A stretch of 64,000 nt of DNA from assembly GCA_964016885.1 (NCBI GenBank), contig CAXHJY010001228.1, forward strand, positions 1 to 64,000, in the 5' to 3' direction. The position numbers and the translations under genes were made by a program. A model generated the notes under the pieces. The model made no database searches. It was not told where the DNA came from and was given only the letters and a program-made list of their open reading frames with translations. The number at the start of each line of letters is the position of its first letter. Within the stretch, counting starts at the first letter, position 1. The stretch comes from Eledone cirrhosa (Eukaryota). Of this stretch, positions 28,672-40,162 are shown piece by piece.

Positions 28672-29310
28672 GTTTTGCTGGGTTTTTGATATGAAATCGT
28701 GTGTCGAAACAAATATTGTTATACTTGGGGAGGGTCATATTTGTGTAATAATATTGCCAGAATTAATAACAGAACACACCCACTGTTTGGTTGGTTTTCG
28801 CTTCTGTGTCTTTTATATCGGTTAATTTAATTTATTCGGTCCTCAATGTTACCATTGACTGACCAATGGTCAAAAATACAGATACAATATAGACACAAAC
28901 ACATATATATAGTCTATCAAAGTTCTTTCGTTGCACATCTGCAACATCGTCAGTGGTGCTATTATGTTTCCTCTCGTTGCATTGTATGCTTACGCCATCT
29001 TTATTTAGTCTGTTTATTTATTTATTTATTTGTTTATTTTTTTTTGTTAAAAATGAAAAATTATTTATTTTTTTGTTTATTTTTTTTGAAAAAATGAAAA
29101 AATGAAAAAATGAAAAAATGAAAAAATGAAAAAATGAAAAAATGAAAAAATGAAAAAATGAAAAAATGAAAAAATGAAAAAATAAAATTGAATGGAATAA
29201 CAACAACAGCCAAACAAACAACACTGATCTAAGAGAACTATAAATAAATAAATAAATAAATACATACACAAGCACAATAACAACAAACACATATAAACAC
29301 ACACTAGTAA
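28672..29310. mobile_element. Family A copy with internal inversion and (GAAAAAAT)n expansion
   Basis: 28672-29045 is reverse-complement-homologous to ~660-1019; 29190-29310 matches ~430-560 in direct orientation. Confidence 0.7.
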
Positions 29311-29339
29311 ACTAAGATAGAATAATATGATAGAATGAT

Positions 29340-29924
29340 ATGAGTTCGATTTTAAGTTCGGGTGATGCGTTGTGTCCTTGAGCAAGACATTTTATTTCAT
29401 GTTGCTCCAGTTTACTCAGCTATAGTAATGTGTTTGCGACGTCACTAGTGCCTAGCTGTATCGGCCATTATCTTTCCCTTGGACTACATCGGTGACGTGA
29501 AGAGGGGAGACTGGTTTGCTTGGGCGACTGCTGGTCTTCCACAAACAACCTTGCTCGGTCTTGTGCCTCGAAGAACTTTGAAGGTGCATATCCCATGATC
29601 GTTCGTGACTGAAAGGGTCTTTACCTTTTATATATAATATGTATATATAAAAGGTAAAGACCCAAGGTTGTTTGTTGAAGATCAGCAGTCGCCCAAACAA
29701 ACCAGTCTCCCCTCTTCACGTCACCGATGTTGTCCAAGGGAAAGACAATGGCCGATACAGCTAGGCACTAGTGACGTCGCAAACACATTTCTATAGCTGA
29801 ATAAACTGGAGCAACATGAAATAAAATGTCTTGCTCAAGGACACAACGCATCACCCGAACTTAAAATCGAACTTACAACCTCACGTTTGCAAGCCTAAAG
29901 CGCTAACCACCAAGCCATACGCCT
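29340..29924. mobile_element. Two tail-to-tail copies of the third SINE family (29340-29629 +, 29649-29924 -)
   Basis: A box ggcgtatggcttggtggttag, B box gttcgatttt, conserved gtgtccttgagcaagaca motif; copies are near-identical reverse complements. Confidence 0.85.
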
Positions 29925-29946
29925 TTATATAATATATATATATAAT

Positions 29947-30108
29947 AACGAAGGAGATGTGGTAAGGAACCAGATGGACCATAACGTACCAGAGTACTCA
30001 ATACTTAGGGTAGTAGAGTGGGTAAATGTTAGACCCCGACGGCAGAGCTCAAGCCGTTTCGACGGCTAACGGGTCGAGCTCTGCCGTCGGGGTCTAACAT
30101 TTTCCTAT
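29947..30108 (-). mobile_element. Family D fragment with snap-back inversion
   Basis: Arms ~30024-30050 / 30077-30102. Confidence 0.75.
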
Positions 30109-30344
30109 ATATATATATATATATATGTATGAGTGTGTTTGGTTGAGTGCGTGTGTTTTTGAGTGCATCTATGCGTGTGTGTATATGCGTGCATCTGTGC
30201 ACGTCTTGACCTGTCTGTAAAACTAGAATCCTGTGTTGTTTACGTAAACCAACCAACAACCAATATTTTACTGTCATATATCAAATACTCGGAAAACGAA
30301 CACACACACACAAACATGACGTTATTATATTATATTCCGGATAA

Positions 30345-30956
30345 GGCGCTGGATTGGCAGTATCAGTAGAGGGTCGGACGCCATGCTTTGCAGCATAGAG
30401 TTACGTCACTTTACGGTCTGAGTTCAAATCCCCACCGAGGTTAACTTTGCCTTTCAACTTTACGGGGTCAATAAAATAAAGTACCAGTAATGCACTGGGA
30501 TAATTGCTGGCCTTGTGCCAAAAGTAGAAACAATTATTATAAGTGGATTGGCTGTATCGGTAGAGGGTCGGACGCCATGCTTTCCAGCATAGTTACGTCC
30601 CTTTACGATCTGAGTTCAAATCCCGCCGAGGTTGACTTTGCCTTTCATCCTTACGGGGTCGATAAAATAAAGTACCAGTAATACACTGGGGTAATTGCTG
30701 GCCTTGTGCCAAAAGTAGAAACATTTATATTATATTCCAGTGGATTGGTAGTATCGGTAAAGGGTCGGACGCCATGCTTTGCAGCATAAAGTTATGTTCC
30801 TTAACTGTCTGAGTACAAATTCCGCCGAGGTTAACTTTGCCTCTCGTCTTTGCTGGGTCGATAAAATAAAGTACCAGTAATGCACTGGGGTCGATTTAAT
30901 GGACTTTCCCCTATCCTTCAAATTGCTGGCCTTGTGCCTAAAGTAGAAGCAATTAT
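30345..30956 (+). mobile_element. Three head-to-tail SINE-1 copies
   Basis: ~30345-30537, 30543-30724, 30740-30956; third retains the internal gtcgatttaatggactttcccc segment. Confidence 0.88.
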
Positions 30957-31154
30957 TTATCGAGCTCGAAATGAAGAAAGGCAAAGTTTACATCAGTGAG
31001 GCTTGAACCCGTCCCGATACTCACAACTCGTATCATTCTATCAGTTGGTATATTCCTTGCACATAATAACTATGTAGGGACGACCGGTAACTCCTGATGG
31101 ATTTGTTGGTGATGGTGGGAGTGCCTGAACACTGGGATAATTGCTGGCCTTATA

Positions 31155-31699
31155 TTATATTATACTCTGGATAGCTCCATTCACGATAACCTACACCTCA
31201 TGCGATACATCAGAGGGTGGGTGGCTAAAGAACTTGGCACTTGTGGGTCACTGATCAGCTTAGCTCAATCGAAAGCTTTCGATAGGGTCAATCATCGATA
31301 GGGTCAATCATCGGTACCTGGCAACTGTCTTTCAAAGAGGGACGTTCTATCCCAGCCCCCACAGTCCATTTGTTAAAAGATTGGTGAATGTAGCGAGAAT
31401 TGCCCTAATGGATGGACCTACTCCGACCATGTACCTGTAGGCTAGAGAGTTTTATGGTGAGAAGAGGGACAACTTGCTATGGTGCTCTTGAAGATTAGAG
31501 TGGTTTAGGAACTGTGGGGTCCCTAAATTACCCATGGCTGGTACTCCTCTCTATTGCGGGATTTTTATTGTTAGAATTATATTGTTTATTTTTATCTGTT
31601 AGCTTTTTTTTATACACATTTTATATAAATTCCCACCCTCCCCGTTTTTATATTGTTCCCCCTGTTTCGGCCCTAGTGGCCAATAAATAATAATAATAA
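31155..31699 (+). mobile_element. Internally deleted Tx1/L1-clade LINE remnant
   Basis: Translates IHDNLHLMRY...LISLAQSKAFDRVNHR (RT motif A like DQxKAFDRVxH), then apparent ORF end at ~31440, 3' UTR and aataaataataataa tail. Confidence 0.65.
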
Positions 31700-32283
31700 G
31701 TGTTTCTACTTTTGGCACAAGGCCAGCAATTATCCCAGTGTATTACTGGTGCTTTATTTTATCGACCCCGTAAGAATGAAAGGCAAAGTTAACCTCGGCG
31801 AGATTTGAACTCAGAACGTAAAGGACCGTAGCTCCATGCTGCGAAGCATGGCGTTCGACCCTCTACCAATACTGCCAATCCAATGACTTTATTTTTAAAA
31901 TAATTGTTTCTACTTTTGGCACAAGGCCAGCAATTACCCCAGTGTATTACTGGTACTTTATTTTATCGACCCCGTAAGAATGAAAGGCAAAGTTAACCTC
32001 GGCGAGATCTGAACTCAGACCGTAAAAGGCCGTAACTCTATGCTGCAATGCATGGCGTTCGACCATCTACTGATACTGCCAATCCACCGCCCTATATAAT
32101 TGTTTCTACTTTTGGCACAAAGCCAGCAATAACCCCAGTGCATGATTGGTATACTTTATTTTATCGACCCCATAAGGATGAAAGGCAAAGTTAACCTCGG
32201 CGGAATTTGAACTCAGACCGTAAAGGGCCGTAACTCTGTGCTGCAATTCATGGCGTTCGACCTTCTACTGCCGATCCAGCGCC
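31700..32283 (-). mobile_element. Three head-to-tail SINE-1 copies
   Basis: ~31700-31882, 31899-32091, 32096-32283. Confidence 0.88.
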
Positions 32284-32436
32284 CTATATAATAACGATGT
32301 GTTTTATTTCTTATCTATGTCTATGTCACTAACACATCCTGTTATGGTTGTTTCTGTGTCACTCACACAATTATTAGTATTGTAATGTAGCTGTTGTTTA
32401 TTTTTAGGCTTTCTTTTGGGAGGTCCTATCGTATAC

Positions 32437-33414
32437 TAGTAGTGGTAGTAGTGGTAGTGGTGGTGGTGGTGGTGGTGGTGGTGGTGGTGGTGGTGGTGGT
32501 GGTAGTGGTGGTGGTAGTGGTGGTGGTGGTGGTAGTAGTAGTAGTGGTAGTAGTGGTAGTAGTGGTAGTGGTGATGGTGGTGGTGGTGGTAGTAGTAGTG
32601 GTAGTAGTAGTAGTAGTTGTTTGTAGATGTAGTAGTAGTAGCCGTAGTAGTAATGGGTTGTAGCAGCAGTAGCAGTAGTAGTAGTAGTAGGTTGTAGCAG
32701 CAGTAGCAGTAGTAGTAGTAGTAGTAGTAGTGGGTTGTAGATGTAGTAGCAGCAGTAGCAGTAGTAGTAGTAGTAGTAGTAGTGGGTTGTAGATGTAGTA
32801 GCAGTAGTGGTAGTAGTAGTAGTAGTAGTAGTGGGTTGTAGATATAGTAGCAGCAGTAGCAGTAGCAGTAGTAGTAGCCGTAGTAGTAATGGGTTGTAGC
32901 AGCAGTAGCAGTAGTAGTAGTAGTAGTGGGTTGTAGATGCAGTAGTAGTAGTGGTAGTGGTAGTGGGTTGTAGATATAGTAGCAGCAGCAGTAGTAGTAG
33001 TAGTAGTAGTAGTATTAGTGGGTTGTAGATGTAGTAGTAGTAGTAGTAGTAGTGGTAGTAGTAGCCGTAGTAGTAGTGGGTTGTAGATGCAGTAGTAGTA
33101 GTGGTAGTAGTTGGTTGTAGATGTAGTAGTAGTAGTAGTTGGTTGTAGATGTAGTAGTAGTAGTGGTGGTAGTGGGTTGTAGATTTAGTAGCAGCAGTAG
33201 TAGTAGTGGTAGTAGTAATGGGTTGTAGCAGCAGTAGCAGTAGTAGCAGTAGTAGTAGTAGTGGGTGTAGATGTAGTAGCAGTAGTAGTAGTATTGGTAG
33301 TGGTAGTAGTAGTATTGGTGGTGGTGGTAGTAATAGTAGTAGAAGTAGTAGTAGTAATAGTAGCGGTGGTGGTAGTAGTAGTAGCGGTAGTAGTAGTAGT
33401 AGTAGTAGTAGTAA

Positions 33415-33447
<33 letters not shown>

Positions 33448-33527
33448 CGGTGGTGGTAGTAGTAGTAGTAGCGGTGGTGGTAGTAGTAGTAGCGGTGGTG
33501 GTAGTAGTAGTAGTAGTAGCGGTGGTG

Positions 33528-33570
<43 letters not shown>

Positions 33571-33620
33571 CGGTGGTAGCAGTAGTAGTAGCGGTGGTAG
33601 TAGTAGCAGTAGTAGTAGCG
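32437..33620. repeat. (GTA/GTG/GCA)n trinucleotide array with recurring gggttgtagatgt motif
   Basis: Direct reading. Confidence 0.95.
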
Positions 33621-33918
33621 TGGTTGGTAATGAGATTTGGTCGAGCTATCTCGTTACGTCCATCTGTAGTCTGATTTCGAATTTCGTATCAGTCCATTTT
33701 GACTCTCACTTTCGTCGATATCATTAGGATCATAATCGATATAATCGATTATACATTTAGGGGAAATATGATACGGTCAGGTAGCGAATAGATTTAATCC
33801 TATATAACATTGTCACACGTTGTTAAGCTCTGTTACTGATGATGATGATGATGATGACCCTGCAATAAATAAGCGAAACACCTGAGTCACAAGACTCATC
33901 AGTCAGCTACAATGAAGA

Positions 33919-33990
<72 letters not shown>

Positions 33991-33994
<4 letters not shown>

Positions 33995-34033
33995 ATGGCT
34001 GCCTCCTCGTTATCGAGTATGGCCATTGCACGA
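33991..34033 (-). mobile_element. Isolated RTE 3' tail fragment
   Basis: Reverse complement of tcgtgcaatggccatactcgataacgaggtggcagccatcatg (46609-46652). Confidence 0.75.
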
Positions 34034-34053
34034 TATACCATTATTAATAAACA

Positions 34054-34236
34054 GTGGATTGGCAGTATTGGTAGAGGGTCGGACGCCATCTTTCGAGCAT
34101 AGTTACGTCCCTTTACGGTCTGAGTTCAAATCCTGCCGAGGTTAACTTTGCCTTTCATCCTTACGGGGTCGATAAAATAAAGTACCAGTAATACACTGGG
34201 TAATTGCTGGCCTTGTGCCAAAAGTAGAAACAATTA
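34054..34236 (+). mobile_element. SINE-1, full length
   Basis: A/B boxes and tail. Confidence 0.85.
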
Positions 34237-34476
34237 TTAATAATTATCAATTAATTCTATCGTGCAATGCCTGTGCATGAAGATATTTTTTTAAATGAGG
34301 AAAGACTGTGCACTGAGCCAATCCCACTCTCTGGGCGACAGTAGCTATAACCCGAAAAGAAGAAAATATCAACATCATCGGTAACTACTGAGCCGCAGGT
34401 TTTATATCGGAGTTATATATATATACACACACACACATATATATATATACACACACACTTATATATATATATATAT

Positions 34477-34530
<54 letters not shown>

Positions 34531-34543
34531 TTATATATATATA

Positions 34544-36286
34544 CTAGCTGAGGTACCCAGCTTCGCCAGGGTTAACAAACGATAAGAGAAAACCGGCAGA
34601 CGAGAAAACGTCTGTATTGAATGCATTGTCTTGTTTACAGTGTGTGTGTATTGTGTGTGTGTGTGTGAGAGTGTGTGTGAGTGTGTGTGTGTGTGCCTGT
34701 GTACCTGTGTGCCTGTGTATCTTTGTGTATATATATATGTGTGTCTGTGTGAGTGTATATATGTGTGTGTGTGTGTGTGCGTATATATGTGTGTGTATGT
34801 GCCTGCGTGTGCATGTGTGAGTGTTCGTATGTGTGCGTGTGCATGTGCGTGTGTGTGTGTAATCCACACGCTGGAATCGGAGACATAGGCTGCGAAACAC
34901 GATCATCACTGATAACGAACTCGCAGAGAGAATCCCTTATGGTTGATACCCAACCTGCTAAAAATAGCAGTCAGGTTGGTTAGCATACGTGGTATGTCTT
35001 TCTTCTTCTTTGGTGTTATAAAATTAGTATCAATAACATTTCCTGGATATACTCTTATCCCAATCCTGTACATACTTTCTGATTGTCACCTTTCATTTTT
35101 TTCGTGTGATACGCGAAGGAACCAACCAACAAACATCTCTCTTTTATATCTCTTTTATTTGTTCATTCAAAATATTTTCCAGCTAATTCTGTCCTACAAT
35201 ATACATCAGCAATCTTTATTTAATGTTTAAAACATATGAATAGCTGCGATATATGCACCATATCAATCAAAAACGATATGAGAATTAAATACCGTACTAA
35301 AGCGCCAGTAAGCTTGCTAAGAACCTGCAGATAGAAATGTTAATAAATACAACATTTAGCTTGGATAAACTTTAAGATGCTCTTTCATTGTAGGTTTCTA
35401 TTCTCAGCCAGTACGTTAAAGAAAATTGATAGTTGCAACAATAAAGGTTGAACAGAGAACACATTTTTTAACAAACTTTACAATAATTTGTACAACCATA
35501 ATGGAAATTCCATGCAACAGAAAATACATAAATTACATTGTTAGAGCCTCAGAGTATACAATATTTTTTGTCCGGCCCTCGGGAGCAAAGATGAAGAGAT
35601 TGTTTGGTGAGCTCAACCTAGAGCATCCTACATACAATGGACTATGGTTTTCCCAGATGAAGGCCAGCCACATTTAGGGTTTGACCCTGAACTTTGTTGA
35701 TGGTAATCGCGCAGCTTAGTCTCTCTGTTGCTCTAGTAACATTTTTTCTTCTGGAAAATCTGATCTTGTGGCCAGGATGGGACTTTTTGGGTGGCATCTC
35801 GGCAGTAACAATGACGATAAGCCGTATGTGCTTTCGTGAAATAAATACGTTTGTTTATATTTTGTGTTTGTGTATGCAAACATATCTGTACACGAATATA
35901 TAATTATATATTAAAATAACAGATTAAAGTTTAAGCAAAGAATCACTGCTTTCACCCTTAACTCTGAAAGTAAAAAAAATCAATCTGTGAACGCAGAAGT
36001 AAATATTTCGAAAAAGTTGCAACCGAAAGAAAACAGGAATATGATACTTTGGTTCGTGAAGACGTTAGGAATGTCGTATAACCGGAAGTGTTGACATTTG
36101 AAAATTTTAAAGAAGTGAATATATAAATAATGTCTTTAATCTTTTAACAAAATTGTGTAGACAAAAATACCCTCACTTTCTTACTTGGAAACAGTTACTT
36201 CTATGGTGCAAATTTGGTGCCATTTGGTCCAGCCGCTTGGCGGAAAGTTTGTTACTTACATACGGCCGTCAGTTTTATAGTATAGA
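34544..36286 (-). mobile_element. Non-autonomous Helitron
   Basis: Minus strand starts A|TCTATACTATAAAA and ends hairpin cctggc gaa gctggg ... CTAG|T; contains helicase remnant. Confidence 0.8.
35532..35722 (-). pseudogene. Helitron PIF1-type helicase C-terminal remnant
   Basis: RLSCAITINKVQGQTLNVAGLHL, frameshift, HSPLYVGCSRLSSPNNLFIFAPEGRTKNIVYSEAL*; matches PIF1 motifs TINKSQGQT and QLYVAxSR. Confidence 0.85.
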
Positions 36287-36287
36287 T

Positions 36288-36601
36288 ATAAGGAAAAGAA
36301 ATTGAAAATGCAACTGAAGTCATTTAAGAATGTTTATTTATTTACTTAACCGGTTTCACATTTCTTAGGATTTTCGAAAGTAAAATTGAGATGGAGGGTT
36401 TATGTATTTGTTGTGGACAAACCACATCAGAAACACAAACCCTCCATCTTTTTATTTTGAAAATCATAAGAACTATGAAACCGGTAAAGTAAATAAATAA
36501 ATATTCTTAAAAGACTTCAGTTGCATTTTCAATTTCTTTTCCTTATACTTTCACCAGTGTAGGACATCTCGTTTTTTTTTTTAAAACTCATTATTGTCTT
36601 A
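36288..36601. mobile_element. Family G fragment with long inversion and decayed HHR
   Basis: Arms ~36288-36400 / 36437-36547; GAAA ccgg TA aagtaaa at 36477-36493 with palindromic stem III. Confidence 0.65.
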
Positions 36602-36610
36602 TATATATAT

Positions 36611-36764
36611 AAGTGGCTTAGTTCGGATCTAGCTGTCGAAACGGCCGGAGCTCAGCCGTCGGGGTCCTGACTCTTTTCCTATTAAACACTCTACTACCCT
36701 AAGTATTGAGTACTCTGGTGCGTTATGGTCCACCTGGTTTCTTACTACACCCTCTTTCTTGTTA
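36611..36764 (+). mobile_element. Family D fragment
   Basis: GAAAcggccggagctcagccgTCggggtc followed by the family 3' end. Confidence 0.7.
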
Positions 36765-37036
36765 CCCCCCCCCCCCCCACATATATATAGATCTATATAT
36801 ATATATATATAGACTGTAGTAAAAGTTTGGTAGAAATGTCGAAGGGTAAGAGCACTCAGTCCATAGGACCCGTTTAGTATTAATAGTTACAACAGTGACA
36901 TAAACCGAACGAAACTTAAGTTTTCATCCTTTTGAGGTCAATAAATAACGTACCAGTCCAATGCTGGGGTCGATCCTTCACTCTCACCTTCTTTGAAAAA
37001 CAAACAAACAAACAAAAAAAAACGTCTGCTTTCCGA

Positions 37037-37202
37037 ACTGGAGACGGATAGACTGTCCCAGGTTTTAAATATTCATGACGTGGTCCTACCATCTGGAGAC
37101 GGATATACTGTCCGAGATTTTAAATACTCAGGACGTACCCATACCACCCTAGAGACGGATAGACTGTACCAGGTTTTAAATACTCGGGATGTACCCCTAT
37201 CA
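37037..37202. repeat. Three ~56-bp diverged tandem units
   Basis: gagacggatagactgt..caggttttaaatactcaggacgtacc repeated three times. Confidence 0.8.
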
Positions 37203-37511
37203 CTCCCACAAGTGTTTCTATCAATTATTCTCTATCCATCATATCTTACTCAATCCATAAATGATTTTCTATGGTGAATATTTTCTATTTTTTGACTCAC
37301 AAAAACTTCCTTAATCGGATGGCAACTTGGACAGATTTTATATAATCGATTAATTCCGATATTTATATTAGATATTTCTATTATTTAGGTTTTTAAAACA
37401 TGAATATGTCATTTGTTTCAAATATCAACAAATCGTTTTTTCCTAATTCTTCTATGGCAAATATCTTTTCCCATTAACAGAAACGATTTGTTGATATTTG
37501 AATCAAATGAC

Positions 37512-37568
<57 letters not shown>

Positions 37569-37573
37569 ATATG

Positions 37574-37607
<34 letters not shown>

Positions 37608-37643
37608 TGTATGTATGTATGTATGTATGTATGTATGTATGCT

Positions 37644-39112
37644 TGCATTATGGGAGGTGCTCCAGAAACTTGGTTGCCCTGATAAGTTCCTTGCTTTAGT
37701 TAGATCTTTCCATGACGACATGAAGGCTTGGGTTAATGTCGGAGGTAACATGTCGGAGCCTATCTCAGTAAAAAATGGAGTGAAACAGGGGAATATTCCA
37801 GCACCGACCCTGTTTGCCATATACTTTGCAATGGTTTTCTATATTGCATTCAGGAATTGCGAGCATGGTGTTTACATCCGATTTCGAACCTCAGGAAGCA
37901 TATTTAACATCAGGCGCTTTGCTGCAAAGACAAAAGTATTTACATCAATCATAAGAGACCTCTTGTATGCAGATGATTGCGATCTTGTAGCGCACACAGA
38001 GAGTGATATGCAGCACATTTTGAATGCATTTTCTGATGCTTGCACTGCCCTAGGATTGACTGTCAGTCTCAAGAAAACCGTCGTCATGTACCAACCTGCC
38101 CCTGGTAAGCAGTACAGTGAACCAAATATCTATGTGTATGGTAAACGACTTGGAGTGGTTGATCAGTTTGTCTACCAGGGAAGCACTGTCAATCGATACA
38201 GCAACCTTGACAGTGAAATCTCACTTAGGATTAGGAAAGCAAGTGATGCTTTCGGAAAGCTAGAAAGGCGACTCTGGGGTCGGCGAGACATATGCAGGAG
38301 GACAAAGGTAAAGGTATACAAGGCATGTGTGCTCTATTGTCTTCTTTATGCCTGCGAGACCTGGGTCACATATCGACACCTCCTTAAGCAATTGGAGCGT
38401 TTCCATCAGATGTGTCTCAGGCGGATCCATGGCGTTAACTGGAGGGACCACATCAGTGATGTCGAGATTTTGGAAAGCTCTATGTGTGACAGTATAGAAG
38501 CTCTTGTGCTTAAGCAACGACTCCGTTGGAGTGGTCACCTTGCCAGGATGAAGGATTCTAGAATACCAAAACAACTCTTTTATGGATAGTTAGTTAAAGG
38601 AAAACGACCGCCACATAAACCAAAAAAGAGGTATAAGGATTCCTTGAAAGCCTCTCTGAAAGACGCTAACATCTCTGCTGATACATGGTAAAATATTGTT
38701 GCTGATCGTAATAAATGGAGAAAGACTGTATATGAGGGAAAAGTTGCCTTTGAGGCATCTCGAATCGCATACGAGAAAGTAAAGCGGGATGTGAGGAAGG
38801 GCATTGCTGTTGCACTTGCAGACGGCGAGGGTCCTCCTATGGTGCTGACATGCAACGTATGTGCGAGACTCTGCCTTAGCAAGGCTGGACTCGAAAGTCA
38901 TCTTCGCAGTCATAAAGTAAGACCAGTGGTTGACTACCAGGCTGCTGTTGGAGATGCTACTCATCATGCTTGCCAAACATGTGGTAGAGAATGTAAATCA
39001 GCAGGAGGGCTCAAACGACATGCAAAAGGACATGAACTCCAACCACAGGCGGCTATTCCCAGTGAATGTTTTGGTTGCCGACTCTGTGCAAGACATTTTA
39101 GATCATTGGCTT
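37644..39112 (+). mobile_element. RTE-clade LINE copy A, 5'-truncated, pseudogenised
   Basis: RT motifs GVKQG, LLYADD, RLRWSGHLARM...RIPKQLFYG; stops at 38587 and 38689; zinc fingers; 3' end replaced by a family G fragment. Confidence 0.93.
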
Positions 39113-39212
39113 TTGAAAAGCAGAAGAACTGCGAAACCGCTAAAGGAACCAAATAAATATATATATTTAAAAAAAAAAAGACTCCAGTTGCATTTTCGAT
39201 TTCATCTTTTTT

Positions 39213-39249
<37 letters not shown>

Positions 39250-39256
<7 letters not shown>

Positions 39257-39543
39257 GATAGCTGCATCTCGGTTTCAAGATTCTCAAACATGGTTGACAT
39301 GGAGATAACTCTTTGGCACTGTAAAGAACTTACATTCTGCATATGCTGCTCTGATGAACTTTACTTCCATTTTCGTTCCCTGTTTTGATTTTAGGAACTT
39401 TCAAGGGTCCACCGGTCGAGGTACATTGTTTTCCACACTTCCGACAGGTAGAAATGCCAGAAAGACCAAAATAAACATTTTGTATACACACTTTAAGTAG
39501 AATGCTGTTGAAGTGTGTCTACATTTTTGGGGGACATCCTGTA
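39250..39543. mobile_element. Possible Tc1/mariner terminal fragment
   Basis: Ends aagtgtgtctacatttttgggggacatcctg TA, with partial inverted tgtatacacacttt upstream. Confidence 0.35.
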
Positions 39544-39635
39544 TATATTACAGCTATGTATGTATGTATGGATGGATGTATATATGTATGTATGTGTGTA
39601 TGTATGTATGTATGTACCTATAATGTATATATGTA

Positions 39636-40145
39636 TGTTCTGGTTTTATAACTTTATAAATTTTTACCTATAGAGAGAGAGTTGGTTTCTAACAAAGATA
39701 CAAGACTCTCTCATTGGAATTTACACAACATCAACTAGGCAGATATGTATGCATGTCTGCATGCATGCATATGTGTGCAGGTATGGATGTTATTGCATGT
39801 GTGGATGTGTTTGTTTTGAGTTATATGTGTAGATGTGGATGTTTTGAGCTATATGTGTGCATGTGCATATGCTTTGCATCTGTACATGTGCACATGCAGT
39901 TATTATATGCAGAATTTTTGGAATGTTTTATATATTTTTACTGTTCCATTAATGGATTGTACTTGTAATTTCCTAACTAGTTGTGTTCTTTCTGTTTCTG
40001 TGAAGCCTAGCTTCTCAAGACTTATACTGAGGCAGTTACTAACATATCTCAGTGCCCCAATAATCACAGGTATAAATCTGAAGGTACAGTTAGGGTGGAG
40101 TATCTGCAGATTTCTCATTAGTTCTGCATAAATATTTTCATTTTC
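39636..40145 (-). mobile_element. R4/Dong element 3' fragment (tandem, diverged)
   Basis: MRNLQILHP...PVIIGALRYV C-terminus and 3' UTR homologous to 40163-40635; (TATG)n both sides. Confidence 0.85.
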
Positions 40146-40162
40146 GTATGTATGTATGTATG

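Noticed and set aside
30345-30537. tRNA gene
   Set aside because: A/B boxes belong to a multi-copy SINE; no cloverleaf evident
32394-33727. Poly-Val and Ser/Gly-rich ORFs
   Set aside because: (GTA/GTG)n microsatellite; adjoining unique DNA gave no recognisable protein in the frames I read
37579-38589. Intact reverse transcriptase genes (also 44802-45854, 41147-42166, 61642-62238)
   Set aside because: All are truncated, stop-containing or frameshifted TE remnants
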